Assembly: GCA_051294905.1 (NCBI GenBank)
Contig: CM119381.1
Coordinates: 15,128,001 to 15,192,000, forward strand
Reading direction: 5' to 3'
Length of the DNA stretch: 64,000 nucleotides
From: Botryllus schlosseri
Taxonomy: Eukaryota
This document shows, piece after piece, positions 19,860 through 34,000 of the stretch (position 1 is the first letter of the stretch; every line of letters begins with the position of its first letter). Made by a program: the position numbers and the translations under genes. The notes below the pieces were generated by a model, which did no database searches, was not told the DNA's origin, and worked only from the letters and a program-made list of their open reading frames with translations.

Positions 19860-22800
19860 GTACTCTCGCAGCACCAGGACTACGATGAGAGCCAGTAATT
19901 TGCGTCCGACTGAAATGATCGTCGACATCACCACCTTTCTCCACAAGTATTCTCCCCTGACATCGTGCGAGATTTCCTCCACTGTGAGAACATCGGCCCG
20001 CTCCTTTAGGTCTGGAATCTGTCGAAATCGCTGAGTCGCTATATTTCCGCGGCCTAATTGTGGAAGTGGCGCGTACCTCCCAGTATAGACCAAATTTGAA
20101 TTCTTTGTCCACGTTGAAGACAGCGTTTGCCACGACTGAATAATTTCCGTTAATGGCATCGTCGTCCATATCGAGATTACTGCATTTTTCCTCTTTCAAA
20201 TCTAGCAATAACTCATTAATCGTACCGATAGTGTATCCACTTGTACCAGTGCAGGCTACATTACAATGTACGCCCGTCGCATGTACATTAGGGCTGTTCA
20301 AAAATAACTTTTTTTCCGGATTCCAGTCATTCACTGATGAAATTGTCAGGTTACCCTAAAAAACGCTGCACACCAAATTTGGTTCAATTCTGACAAGTGT
20401 GGGACTCCGCAGATCCAATTAAAAAATTTAATTTATTAGGGAAAATTAATAAAAAAAGTTCAAATTTTTTTGCCAACCCCATCAAATTGTTGAGCTGTCT
20501 TCAAAGACGATGCAAAAGTTCGATCAAGGATAACCCGAGAATTATCATCAAAAACTCACATAACTCCACTTCTACTGGTCTGAATTGAGTCAAATTTGTT
20601 TTGCATCGTCTTTGAAGACAGCTCAACAATTTAGACAGCTCAACAATTTGATGGGATTGACAAAAAAAATTGAATTTTTTTTTAATTTTTCCTAATAAAT
20701 TAAAAATTTCAATTGGATCTGCGGAGTCCTACACTTGTCAGAATTGAACCAAATTTGGTGTGCAGCGTTTTTTAGGGTAACCTGACAATTTAATCAGTGA
20801 TTGGCTGGAATCCGGGAAAAAAAAATTATTTTTGAACAACCCTAATGTACATGTACAATTGTACATCCAGCTAATGTAATCGCAGTCAGGCGATCCTGAG
20901 CCACATATCATATAAATGCCTCATTGTCATACAGATATGATATTGACCTGTTTTTGAATCGATATTGTAATTTTGTTGGTTTTATTGACATATTTCAGCC
21001 AACTCGACAGTGGTTTGTTCCAATTCTCGATAATAATACGACGAAAACAAAAGACTATAGTTTTCAGTTCGGCTTATTAGCAATTTTCATCAGTTCAATA
21101 CGCCACAAAAATTGCGATACAATGAAAAGATAGTAAGGTGTCGAAACGACTTGGAGCAGTCTTTGAAATCAGACGCGCAACGCGTAACGCCACTTATGGC
21201 GAAGCTCGTCATTATTTCGAAAATAATGTAGTTTATAAGAGGTTTAGTTAACGGAGCCTGCTGGGAAACTGGTGTTGATTCAGTCGTGTTTTAACTGCGG
21301 TAGGCTACAGCTGTGTGGTAGAAGAACTTGGCATAATTTGTGGTCCGGAGGGTTGTAGGCTACTTATGGAAAATAAAGAGGGGGTAACCTCTCTGAGAGC
21401 ACGCTTCAGTATTTTATCTACTCACAATAATATTTATAAACGAATTGATAAATTCATAGGCAGTTCAACAATTTTGATCCATATTACACAAATAAAGGTT
21501 GGGCGGATTCCATCAAATCATATTCATTACATAAAATAATTAGATATTTGCGGTAATCCATGGCCGGGTTGTATTTTTCGTTCCTTATTGCTTTATATAT
21601 TACGCAGTACATATTTAGCCGTACGAAACGAATCGCGCTAATAACATGTACTTGTATCAGAGATGAGCATGGATTAGGATTAGGTTTTGAAAAAACAGGA
21701 TTTGTGAAATTTTGTCGGATTTGGATTAGACATTTTTTTTTAGAACGGATCAGGATTTGGATTGGATTTACCTATTTTCTGGGAGATTGAAATGTCGTGT
21801 GGCGAATGGCGACAAACTTTATTCAGATCAGTTATTAATGTACTTATGGTTACTAAGTTATCTTGAATAAGTGAATCGTTGGTTGTGAAAGACAATTTTT
21901 GAATCCCTCCATTTCATAAATTAGTATTTTTTCTGAATTTCCAGTTGGAATCGGATTAGGATTGGACATGGACTTTAATATGAAAAAGTTATGGATTAGG
22001 ATTTGGATTTGAAGGTTCGGATTTGGATTGGATTAGGACATAGAAATTTCAAATCCGCTCATCTCTGACTTGTATATATTGCGCATCACTTTAAGTTTGC
22101 ATTTCTCCAAACTGAGAGGAGCTCCACCTGGAGTTTATTGCTAATAATTATCCGATATCGCAGGAGATTTAGAATTTTAGTATACTTCGATTCAAGAGTC
22201 TACCCACTTTATCAGACTTCAAATGGTTCAAATCCACCGAACGATTGTGCCAAGCCAGGATGAAATTTTACGGTCACATTTCACCAATTAATTGATGAAC
22301 ACTTATGACGCCACAAGGTCATAAGTCAAACACGGTATCAATGTGCTGCTGCCTCTGTCTACGTCAGGGGTCGGCAACCTTTTGCTAGTCGCGGGCCAAA
22401 CTTAGAGTGAACAACATTTTGGCGGGCCGGAATTCTTCTTACTACGCTCTACGTTTACGCTCACTTCGATATGTTATCCTACATTGCTGCAATGTCAATC
22501 ATACCAATCAGCAAACACTTGTATTTACACTTCAACAACGCAGAATAAATGTGACAATTGACGCAGCTTGCTTTGTGAAAGGTTTTCAACTTCTGGTAAC
22601 AAGTCAGATGAAGCAACAATCAGACCCTATTCTAAATCGGCGCCCGAAATACGTGATCTTAGCTTGCTCTTCGTGAATTTCATTGTTCAAAACTATTGTT
22701 CACATGCGTACGTGCTACCAAAAATCGATGCAATTTCTTTTGCATTGTTGGTCAAACTGGGATAAAGACTGATTCCAAGAACGTACTCTTTGTCAAAGTG

Positions 22801-25800
22801 ATGCAGCGATATGCTCTTTGTATGAAATTTGTCATTCAATTCCATTGCATCGCATTTCAAAAAGGCACATTTAAAATTTTCAGGCAATGTTATTGGCGTC
22901 CACATTAAACAGAGTACTGAATAGTCAGAATTTATTTTGTAGAGAATGAATGTCGGAAAAGCGGGTGAACATTCAGTAGTTAAATTTCGTATCACAGTTA
23001 CAAATGTAGTGCTGGTGCTAGGTTTTCTCTCCTCCGGTATAGGAAAGTGAGAATAATTTTCTTTGTACTGTTGACATTCCCAGAGTCGCAGATTTGTTTC
23101 GAATGCGCCTCAACATCTCATGCATTCAGTTGTTTTTTCTTCCGAAGTTGGAAATTCAATTTGTTCAGATGTGACGTTAAATGTACCAGGAAAGCAAGAT
23201 TAGATACCCATTTTCGATTTCAAGATTATGAGTCGGCGATATTTCTCAGTTCATACACTCGCGCAAGCATAGCTGATCGACTTAATGCGCGAACATGGCA
23301 GATATAATACAGGACATCGCCGATTATCTGCTTCTAGTAATATCTGGCGCAACTGTTGGTGATTCAGTTTGTGAGACAAAATCATTTTAACAGTTTTCCT
23401 CATTGTGGCCAAAACACTATTCAGGTTTGTTGTCTTGGCGCACAATGCATTATGGTGAATTAAACTATAGATAACTAACCTACGGAGGCTACGGAGGCTG
23501 AGACAGTGCTCGAGATTTTTGTCATTGCGTCTCAAATGTTCCAAGCGTTTTCAAAGCAGCGGAAGGACACCTCTATTGTCACGCCCCATCAGAGTGGTAA
23601 ACCCTTTAAAATATATGGTACACCTTCGGTTGCGAGATACACCCGATTGATAAGCACTGATCTAGTCTACTCTCCATCTCCTATACTTCAACCGCCTTCG
23701 TTTTATGGCGTAACAATAGACTATAATACGATGTAGGCTACTTATATCGTATAAATGCCGCATTCTTTCCAAACAGTGCTGCACTGCAGATTGAAACTCT
23801 TTATGAAACGGCGGGCCGTATTCTTGTGATAACTAATTTTTATGTCGCGGGCCGGACGATTTCGCTTGGCGGGCCGGAGGTTGCCGACCCTTGGTCTACG
23901 CCGATTGCCATACAATTTGAAATACATTGGTATTTAACATGTGAGATATTGAAAACATGCACAGTATATATTGTTTTGAGACAAGTCTCATTTCAAACGT
24001 AGCCATGTAGGATTCTAGCAGAGTAACGATTCCTATAAAATTACCATGGCACCCCAGCTTTCACGACATTTAAGTAGCCTATCCCCACTTACCGAGAATG
24101 TTACTGGAGCATTTTCCTTTTTGAACCAGATAAAGGATTCCACAAATAATGTGATTGAACAAGGGTATTGCGACTTTATTCATGCACGCGCTCCAGGTTT
24201 CATTGGAAATCCTGCGACATTCGTCGTACGCTCTTTGGAAAGTCTCTATCCGCACATGGAATTTAGAAAGTGTAAACTATAGGGGAAGGTGAGGAACATT
24301 GGATACAGGGACACCATGGTACGTCGTGAATATTTCAAAAACCAGGCAGGACGAGTCTTTCAGGGCTGGGCAAAATCAAGTACCTGAATGATTCGATTCT
24401 GAATCACGTAATATGCTTCGAGTCGGATCGAGTAATCCAGTATCATTCCATATGACGTCATAACAGAACGTAATATGTCAAAGTTCCAATATGTACCTCT
24501 TATGCGACCACAAAGAATATAATGCCTGTTATCCATCGCATTAAGATACTTTGATATTTTTCGGCCATACCGATTTCATTGCACTTGGGGACAATGTTGT
24601 GGGATGATCATGACTTCGGAAATGTGCAATTTCCAGTAACGTTCGTAGCTTTGTAGGCTACTAGATGTTTCGTATGCTACGATAGCCTACGGCCAACCAG
24701 GGTTTCAAGGCTTCAACAGTGAAAATCAGTATCGGAACCATAATTCTCGTTGATAAATTTACTTTCAGTAGCGAGGATCGTATAATTTCAGTACTTGAAA
24801 AAATCGTCTTTTACTACTCGACTCGAATCATTAAAATTAATACTCGATTCAGATTCGAGTAGGGCCGGCGTTGTCTTTGTGATAAAATGACGCATGGCGC
24901 ATGGCCAACTATTTTTAGTAGGCCATGAATGACGCTGCTACTTTTCGATCGCGCTGTGGTGGGTGTGTCTCGTTTATAGTGCATGAAATTAGTACAAAGC
25001 TTATTCAGAGCAGTTATCGCCGTGCACGCTATTTTAGACGCAAGGTTCCGATTAAAAAATATTTATAAATATAAGCAGAAGAGATCGTCGCCAACACTAT
25101 ACCTTGAAGTGTCACGAAATAGAGGGAGGACGTTAAGGTTATTTTACCCCCCTATAATCAATGTGGGTGTGGATACACCGACAAGGCGGTAGCGATCTTC
25201 ATGCGAAGAACAACTTATACCATCACGCTCCGAAGCGCGATATAGCAAGACATGGATCAAAATTTCGATTTAAAATACATGATTGTGCAAATGTGGTAAG
25301 AAAATTTCGAACCGACTGCTATCACTAAAAGTAGTTTTGTCCTCCCTTGAGAATCGCTACATGATATACTTGTGCGTTGTACTTACGACTGAAAAGCTAT
25401 GATACTATAATCACAGTAGATTTGTTGACTTTAGTTACTCGATTCACCGACTTGCATCATTCCTCGTGCTTCGAACATTCGAAGCCGACTCTAAGCCGTT
25501 AAGGCAGTGACTTGATCTCAATACTGGCACATGACACTAATGTGCGTAGATTTGTACTAGCCTACATATTTTGTATCCTCCGATACATGCGACCAAATGA
25601 TGTTCCAAGGGTCCCACAGAGGAAAATTGTATCTAAACTATAATTCTCGTTGATAATTCATACTGTTAGTGGAAATAGGAGGGTGTAATATCTGTACTCG
25701 AAAAACTCTTCCTTCGCTTTTCGACTCGTTAGAACCAGGGCTGTGAAGACGGTTCATTTTACCACCGAATCCAACTCCTACTCCGGGAATTGTACGTTTT

Positions 25801-28800
25801 CCGACTCCAGTTCCCACTCCTAATATTTTCCGCACACAACTCCGACATTCCTATAAATCTACTCAAAAAATTATACCTCTATGACATTTTTTAGACATGT
25901 ATGGTTCACAGAGATTATGAAACCTGTACTCACAGGAAGAAATTAAGTTTGTGATGGTTCGAAAACGTAAAATCTTTGATAACTTCTGTAACTGCAACGG
26001 CACCTTTTGGTTACATTTGGTTCGATTTTAAAGAACATGGAGTCGGAGTCAAGGTATTTTAAGAAACTCCGACTTCAGTCAATCTGTGCTTCCCCAACTC
26101 CGACTCCATGGAGTGCTACAAATTTTCTGTGACTCAGACTCCAACAGGGAAAAATTGAGCGAAACTCCGACTCCACAGCCCTGGTGAGAACTTAAAATCG
26201 ATTAAGAACAAGTAGGCTACTTGAATCATTGTCCCAGCCCTAGTGGTCAGTAACGAAGCATTTCTACCTTATCTGGAACACGAAGTAGGTTTCGGCTACT
26301 TGGACTACTTACTCAAATGATCTTGTATATATAGACTACGTCCACTTTGAAACTACTTAATTGAGTACTATCGCAACCTTCATTTAATTCTTCTACGTGA
26401 AGTAATTTGACTTTGAATATCTTGGAAATTGCTACTTACAGTTAAGTAGGAACCCTGGCTACTTATACCACGCCTGATAACCGCACACACGGGACCAATT
26501 ACAAATCTAAAACCTTATGTAACTATAGTTGCTACAATAAGCTTTACCCTACAGTTCCTATAGCCATTACAAGGCTACAGTTTTATCACAACAACATTCG
26601 CCAACTACCGTGACACATCTTTGTCCTCTCATTCCGCAGGCTCGCGGCGATGTTTTCTTCGTCGCGGATAACCTCTCTCTCGTTTTCGTCCTCCACTTCC
26701 AAGTATTTGCGACGTCGCTCGTCCGCGGTCCGCTTCCCTCTTAATTCTCTGAGAAATAGCGCGTTCTGCCTTCTACGTCGACGAGTTCGTTGTTTTGCAG
26801 TATGCAAATGCGCCGGCATGTCGGATTCGCCGAATATGCCGGCTAGAAGCTCCTTGCGAAGCCCCGTCATTTCTTCCTCGAGCTGATGCTGCGCGAGCGG
26901 CAATGATTCGGATCCGTTCTGTGGTGACAGCGAGTGCAGTGCATGAGTAATGTCGGGTTTGGTATAGGTTTACAGTACGCAGTGGTACAGATGGTATAAT
27001 ACACCATTTTGTAAAAGATATAGCCTACACCAGTTAGTTTCAGGGTGAAATGAATAATAGAAATCTACAAACCACCAGATGTGGTCAAAGTAGTCAAGAA
27101 AGCTACTCAAGTAGAAGTAGAAGTAGCGACGAAAAAATCTACTCAAGTACGAGTAGAAGTACTTCTTCCATAAGCAGCCTAAAACTACTTGAAGTAGAAG
27201 TAGAATTTACTGACTTTAAAAGTACTCAAGTAAGTAAGTAGTTGTGAAAACGATCCTAATTCGTTCACATGGATTGTAAAAAGGTGCAAATTGAGCTATG
27301 CGAAAGGTGACGAGCTTGATTCATATTGATGCATACCCGCAGGTATTCAATTTTCGATAGCATAAGCATTCGTCCACATCATGGGATGAAAATGATAGTA
27401 TTGATATGGAAATGCGATACTTATCCTCTGCTTTCTCGAACAGCACGTTTTGGAAAATAGCATGGTATGGCGCCATCCCCCATATTATAAGGTCCGTAGT
27501 TTAGTCGAAGAGCAATACGGAGAAGTAGTATAGGATACGGTGTAAACACTTTGTGCGATTAGTAAACGTTAATAAAAATGTGGGAAACGTAAAAATACCA
27601 TATTGTCTAGCTTTATTTCCGGAAATTAAAGACATTACTACACTTGCTTTTATAGTGGAACATGTATTTTATCCAGACAAAAGAACTGATATTAATTATC
27701 CAGGGTTGCCATCGACATAGACCCAAAAATAAAGACAGTCGAAAAATTAGATTAGCATGAAAAAACGTTTTTGAACATACTTTGTATTTTTATGAGCCGT
27801 GGCATATTCGCTACAAACAATCTGCTCCGGCAACTCCTTGTTATTAGAAAGTGCTTCATGGATCTCACGAGAGCTCAGGTCTAGATTTACCTTTACTCAG
27901 GACCGAAACAGCACTTCGTCAACCCCCCTTCCTAAATAAACGTTGGCGTAAGTGCAATATAATTTAGAAAAATTTATCAATGATTAACAGCTTACTACTT
28001 TTTAACCAATGTATCGATTGCACTGCGCCTTTACTCACTACGCAATAAATGGCAACCCTGATTATAACTCAAAGTATATGATACTGGGAATTGAAAATAA
28101 AACATAAATGCTACTTCTAAGAGCGGAACACATTTTTCATGCCTTTGGTCCAGAAAGTTTCAAAGGGGGTATGCTAAAACAGCACTAAAACTAACAAAAA
28201 AGTCAGAGTCCACTTTTCCAGGTTAGGACGCGCCATGGACATGCTAGATTACGATATGACAAGTAAATGATAGATTGCGAAACATCAGTTTCAAACGATA
28301 TGATGAGCCATATAGACTGTGATGAATTATTTCATATGGGCGAAGGGCGACAATGTGGGGTGAACGCAGGGATATCTAGATATCCCTGTGTGAACGGAAC
28401 CACGCTAACACGCTACCTAAATTATATTCACCGATACTTTCGTGAAATCAAATTGGCAACACCGTATCCCCTGCACGCGAAGCGCGACGAAAATTCTGGG
28501 CTCTACTCAACTTTTATGAAAATTAAATGTTGATGCTCCGTGAAAACAGTCACGAAATACCTCAGGCTGTCTTCCTGATTGGAGGATTGAACTACTTCTA
28601 CTTGACAAACTGAAAATAGCTAAAAGTAAGTAAGTAGATCACAAAATATTAGGAAGTAGAAGTAGAAGTAGCGAAAATCAGATCTACTTGAGTAAGTACC
28701 AGAAGTAGAGGAAAACTACTTGAGTACTTCGAAAAAGTAGAAGTACTTCGTTACTGACCACCTCTGCAAACCACCGAAGAACTTTTCTAATCAACAAAAA

Positions 28801-30706
28801 ATCATTAGGTGACTCGATGGCCTTGAACACGTGTTACATCGAACGTGGCTTCCAGTTTATGCCGTTACCGTCGAATATTATTAAAAGCTCTATTCGTAGA
28901 GTACAATAGGGAGCGAACGCAGGACTGTAGAGTCGGAGTTTCATTAAATTTTCTCTTGACGGGGGACGTAGTTGTAGCCTACTGGCTAAAGTAGGATTAT
29001 GTTAAATCCCGTTGACTCCGACTCCAACTATACTATAAAACCGAACCAAATGCTATCAAATGATTTCTGAGTCCATTCCCAGGAATGTTGAAGTCGGAGG
29101 TTTGTGAAGAAAATATTAGGAGTCGGTATATATTGAATATGTCTGGAATCGGTGGCAAAGTGAATCAACTCCACAGCCCTAGTGGAACAAGGTAGGCTAC
29201 ATAAGATTTGATTTGTGCCATTTTCATAGATCTGCGCTCTGCTTCCAGGACCGTAACTGCCGCACCCCAAACCCCGCAATTGGGGGGGGGGGCGAGGTCG
29301 GAGTGAGCCCAAAATTATTTTGTGACTGAAGTATTTTTTTAACACAAAATTTAATGTTGCCAAACATCTTGATTATCGGGTACCCTACTACCCTTCCCCC
29401 AAGAAAAAATACGTATGATTCATAGAAAAGGGCATTTCGGCGTCGGCCATTACCACGCCACGACGCACCAAGACATATGAAGTTTTAGGCCATGTAACAT
29501 GCGACTCTGAGAAGTGTGCCAGAACAATCGGCAGCGAGAAAACTTGGACGAAAAGCACTGCGCTTATGCTGACCGACACTTCGATTTACATATATTTTTA
29601 ATGGTCCATGGGCGCCTAAATGGCTGGCACCGAATGTTCCTATCCTGGCAATCTGAACGTCACAAGACAAATGCCATCCCGCAGAGAAATATTATTTGCC
29701 AGTGAAGACGTACCAATTTGAAATCGTGTGCGTCTTTTAGTTTAGTACGTTTGGGCGATTTCAATATCTTTTGACATAGCAGACATGAGGTCACGAAATA
29801 ACATCATGTAACGAAGTCATTATACCAACATATGGGGGGCCCAAGACCAACGTTTTTTTTTGGGGGGGGCTGAAGAAGTGCTGTTTCGGTCCTGTCTGCG
29901 ACACAACCTTTATTGACGTCGCACAAAAACACGCAACAACAAATCACACATGATAATTTACCACTATTAGACTTTGACCTCTCTTTATAGGCGCCGTCAG
30001 TAGATCGACCATCATTTTCGTCTGATTCACTTGTAATCTCGCAACGCAAGTAACAGCTCTAATTGCTTCTGTCGAATGATAGAAAATGTTCGAAACGGGG
30101 CCTGGAAGAACAAGCCCGTCAAACATTCTATCCGAAAGACTCGCGTTTAATGTCAGCAAACCTGCCATAATCCAAGTGAAGAGAGCTGCTTGCAGCACTT
30201 TTCTTCCAGATTTGGCCGCAAGAGTTGGAATACACAACGAGGCTATGCAGCAGCACTGTACGGAAAAAAAACTTCCGACCGCGCACAAGGACAAAACCAC
30301 CCATTTTACGATATTCGAATAGTAAGCCTCATCAGGTTGAAATGCTTGCGAAAACGAAATCGAGTAGTACACTGTGAACGTTAAAATGAAACAAATTACA
30401 ATTTGGTGCAGAGACCTCGACAGATGTAGCAGATAACAGAGTAATAGAGACTCTTGCAGGCCAAAACAAGCTTCAACTAATAGAATCTTAGCATCAAGTT
30501 GTTGTCTTGCGAGATATAATAATGACACGTCATATTGTCCCACCTTCTGACTCGTAGGCCTACTGGTTGAAATCAAGCCTACATGTATACTTACCGTACC
30601 CAACGGCAAATCCCATTAGCGACGATAAAATTCGTTTGATAAGACGAAATTCTAAAGTCTTGGATTCAACGATTTTCCGGAAAATGGATTTCTTCTTGGG
30701 AAACAT
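19860..30706 (-). CDS. DCST1: DC-STAMP-domain protein, DCST1/sneaky-like. Exons: 30706-30595, 30371-30162, 30101-29962, 26918-26609, 24245-24093, 20255-20077, 20018-about 19860/19864. 3' half not identified.
   Basis: The spliced product contains CIASLCIPTLAAKSGRKVLQAALFTWIMAGPVSNIFYHSTEAIRAVTCVARLQVNQTKMMVDLLTAPIK. From memory this parallels human DCST1 (CASLLLVPKMLGKEGR...GPVAN...LQINNT...TAPLR). It is followed by the Cys-patterned KMCHETFQRAYDECRRISNETWSACMNKVAIPLFNHIICG. All six junctions are GT-AG with matching phases. Confidence 0.85.
20289..20844. mobile_element. Foldback-type hAT MITE with TIRs of about 230 bp
   Basis: TAGGGCTGTTCAAAAATAA... / ...TTATTTTTGAACAACCCTA with near-perfect long arms. 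8-bp TSD ATGTACAT at 20281-20288 and 20845-20852. Confidence 0.9.
21658..22067. mobile_element. hAT MITE with GGATT(A/T/C)G arrays
   Basis: TIR CAGAGATGAGC / GCTCATCTCTG. Perfect TSD ACTTGTAT. Confidence 0.95.
22365..23893 (-). mobile_element. Decayed Buster/SPIN-type hAT transposon with transposase remnants (GTF2IRD2/EPM2AIP1/ZBED5-like), inside a DCST1 intron
   Basis: TIRs CAGGGGTCGGCAACC / GGTTGCCGACCCTTG and TSD GTCTACGT/GTCTACGC. Minus-strand fragments LIHHNALCAK...LNHQQLRQIL (ORF 23251-23544) and SIFGSTYACEQ (ORF 22693-22995). Confidence 0.9.
24361..24860. mobile_element. hAT MITE with GACTCGA/TCGAGT arrays, truncated; an inverted full copy lies at 59744-60252
   Basis: Starts CAGGGCTGGGCAAAATC. 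Its interior is the reverse complement of 59744-60252. Confidence 0.8.
25736..26183. mobile_element. hAT MITE with ACTCCG arrays
   Basis: TIR CAGGGCTGTG / CACAGCCCTG. TSD GTTAGAAC/GTGAGAAC. A related fragment lies at about 28900-29181. Confidence 0.85.
27076..28766. mobile_element. Tol2-like hAT non-autonomous element
   Basis: Ends CAGATGTGGTCA / TGACCACCTCTG, dense AAGTA/TACTT subterminal motifs, perfect TSD CAAACCAC. Confidence 0.92.
29246..29894. mobile_element. TIR MITE (CAGGACCGTAAC family); interior shared with about 53290-54450
   Basis: TIR CAGGACCGTAAC / GTTTCGGTCCTG. Partial TSD TCTGC. Internal block GTCCATGGGCGCCTAAATG... is repeated at about 53292. Confidence 0.75.
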
Positions 30707-31049
30707 GTTACTGTTTTCGTATAAGTAACTACTGTACTGTTTCTTATGTATACTGACGATGTATTCTACGTAAGAGTATCCCTTTGTCTAACGATTTATT
30801 GATTTCTCCGTCACAATCACGAATAGTGTCACTCGATTATCGTCGTCGCGAGGCCTGCGACTCGAAAGCGAGTTTTGTTGATGAGGAGATAAAAGATAAT
30901 AAATTTCTGTTCTATACTGTGGTGTATTGGCTGCGGTTGAATTACGTTGGTGCCAACCAGTTCTCGGGGTTCGGCTTGCATGCAATCTGGAGCAGGGCTT
31001 TTACGCAAGAGTTGATTGATGGGAAGCTTGTTGTGCATGGCTAAGGAAG

Positions 31050-34000
31050 TTAGCGGATGGATGCTTGGATGGATATCTGTAAGCCCAAAAGTCTCTTCAA
31101 ATACTTCCAGAAACAGTACAGCAAGAAGCAGCTGAATACCATCAACACGCAGGAAAGGTTGAGAACTGCAGTTTACGCAACAGCCTTTCTGAAGGCTTGC
31201 ATCGCCAAAAAGACGTTACCAAAATTATCAAAGGTATTATCGGTAGCACGTCTCACCCCGAGTATTGAGCGTGCATTCCTATATGATGAAATTGAGAAGA
31301 AGGATAAGTTGATTGCCATCTTACATGCCATTGCCACCTTATATGTCGGTCACTTCAGAAGGAAATTCGTGGATCTCTATCATTTTTTGATTTGATTCGG
31401 CTCTCCCGGTACCTGGCATCTTCAGATACCATCAAAGAAAAGGAACATTTGGCTAGGAATGGACGGAACTTGAGCCGTCTTGTCACCCAACGCTTTGGTA
31501 ACAATTTTAGTCCCGACGGGAAAAATATTGACAACTTATCGGACTACTACCTCACGTCCACTGAAAAGTGCTGTCGCATTTCTTGAATGACGAAGAAATG
31601 TTTACGCGCAATTAAAGCATTGCGACTAAACCCGAACATCCACACCACCAAACCGGATAAGGGATATTGGGTTGTAATCCTCAGCAAACAGGATAACATA
31701 TATATTCAAAATGGAATCAATACTGGGTGATGAATCAAAATTCAAGTCACTTGGTCCCACTGCTGAATTCGATGATAACGCGAAGATCGAAAGACAGATA
31801 GGCTACGGCACCACTATATTCAGCCTCGAGAAAAACGGCTTCATGATATCTGAGACTATACGCGTCAATCAGGCCACCGAATGTACGCTGTACGGGCTGT
31901 ACGCACAAGAACAACGTCCCCGTATGACCGATTCTTACGATGATTGGATCGGCTCAGCACAAGCCTGCAAAGTGGCTTATTGATATTTTGGAACATGTGC
32001 GTTCCATGTATCGTTCGCACTGTGTCACTGATTCATTTACATTCGCGCACGAGATGAAAACCACTGACCTGGCAAACTCAAACATTTTAATTGTTTATGG
32101 CTTTCTTGATAATTGAATGCGCTATATTCGTCTTTAAAATTCACGTTCGAAAAAGAGTGTGCTAACTCGTTACCGTCCGCGGACGTTCTTACGGAAAAAC
32201 GAGGTATTATCTAACTTCCTCACTTCGGTTTACCGGAAGTCGGCATTTAGGCCTACATAACAATATTTACGCTGGAACGCATTCAGCCCGGCCGCCGAAA
32301 ACTGAATTTGATTGGGACATTGGTTTTGGTATTGGCTTTATTTTCATCCAACCGAAACACATAACTAACAAACAGACAGCAAGAATGGTGGCACAGAAAA
32401 TATGCGTGTACTAAGTACAAGTGTACTTGTACAAGTATACAGTGTACAATGTACAGTACACTGTATACAGCAGTGGTCGGGAACCTATGGCTCGCGAGCC
32501 ATATATGGCTCTTTTGGGTATAAGATATGGCTCTTTGAGAAATATGTAATTTTGTACCTAATTTATCAATATCGCTGCAACTTGTTAGTTTTCATGGCGG
32601 CGAGAATGCTTATTCTCGTGGCAGCACAAATATGTCTTTGAGATGGCAAGACAGTGGGGTATACAGGGTTAGGGGCTCGCACAGCCCTCTTTTCAAAATC
32701 CCCAAATCTAAGTTGATATCGCACCGGCGATGAACACCACTGGCGAATTCGATCTACCAACCATCGCGAGCCTAGCAATCTTGGATTGCACAATACCTTG
32801 ATTGACGGAAGAGAATAGCAGACGTAGCGACACTTGTAGGACAATGCAGTTTTTAAACACACAATGTCTTCCTGCCATACATTGAGAAATTAAATTTCTT
32901 TGGAGTGGCATTCAAAATTACAAGTTCAAATTAAAAACAACGCTATACCTATCCTTTTTCTTGATTGGTTATCAGTTTTTTAGCACCGCCGTAAAAATGT
33001 GAGTGTGTAACGCAACGTCTACGTTACGCCGAATATTTTAGGAGTCGAACAATACTTAGATTTTCAGAATCAGCGCAACAATTACATTTGATTAATATCA
33101 GTGATTATAAATTCTAAGCTATTTACGATGAGTTGCGCTGTCACAGGTGCGGCTTAGCCCGCATATGCCTCATATGAGTCTTACCTCTCTTTCGCGCTTT
33201 ATTTTCGAACAATAAATATGAAAATTCTGTTACTTTGGGAATAAATATGTTCAGAATCTTGTCATTCATAAACATCGATAGAGATACCAATAACCATTGA
33301 AGGTTTCACAATTTTTCTTCACTCTTCCGTGACGACATCTTAGGCACTGCCTCACTTACCTCCCCTAATCTCACGTCACTGACGTATCACACGGTGGGTA
33401 TGTGCTGATGTGGTGACCATGTTTGACTCCACCTACTCATCTGGGCAGAAAAATATGGCGCACACTCCGAATCCCATATAGTGCTACCAATACGTCACGG
33501 ATGTTCAATTGTGACGTGATAGTAGATCGGCATATATGGCTCTTTAGGAGTTACAAGTGAAAATATTGGGCCTATATGGCTCTTCGGTCGAAAAAGGTTC
33601 CCGACCACTGGTATACAGTATTCGGTATCAGATAGGAATGATCGTTACGGCCTTGGAGGTCAACTAGTCTGATCACACACTCGAAGCATTGATGATCTGT
33701 TCGGCTGTAATATTAAACTCGGAAATAGAATATATCCGGAATTTGTAATTGATAACAGATAGCCCGAACATATCACAAGATTTCTGTGGACAGAAAACTC
33801 GGCAATTTGAATGCCAGGAAATTTCAAAAAACGAACGCACGCTGAGGACAATGTACAAAATTGTACATATTAATATACTATATTATATATTTACCGGGGC
33901 CGTGGGCCCCATCTCTTCTCGCTTTGAAAACAATTGATTTCGATAAATCGCTGTTACGACAACTTCAAAACCACTGTTATGTTCACCGCCAAACAATTGC

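Noticed and set aside
26586-26903. Stand-alone 105-aa charged protein
   Set aside because: It is exon 4 of the DCST1-like gene; splice phases match the neighbouring exons.
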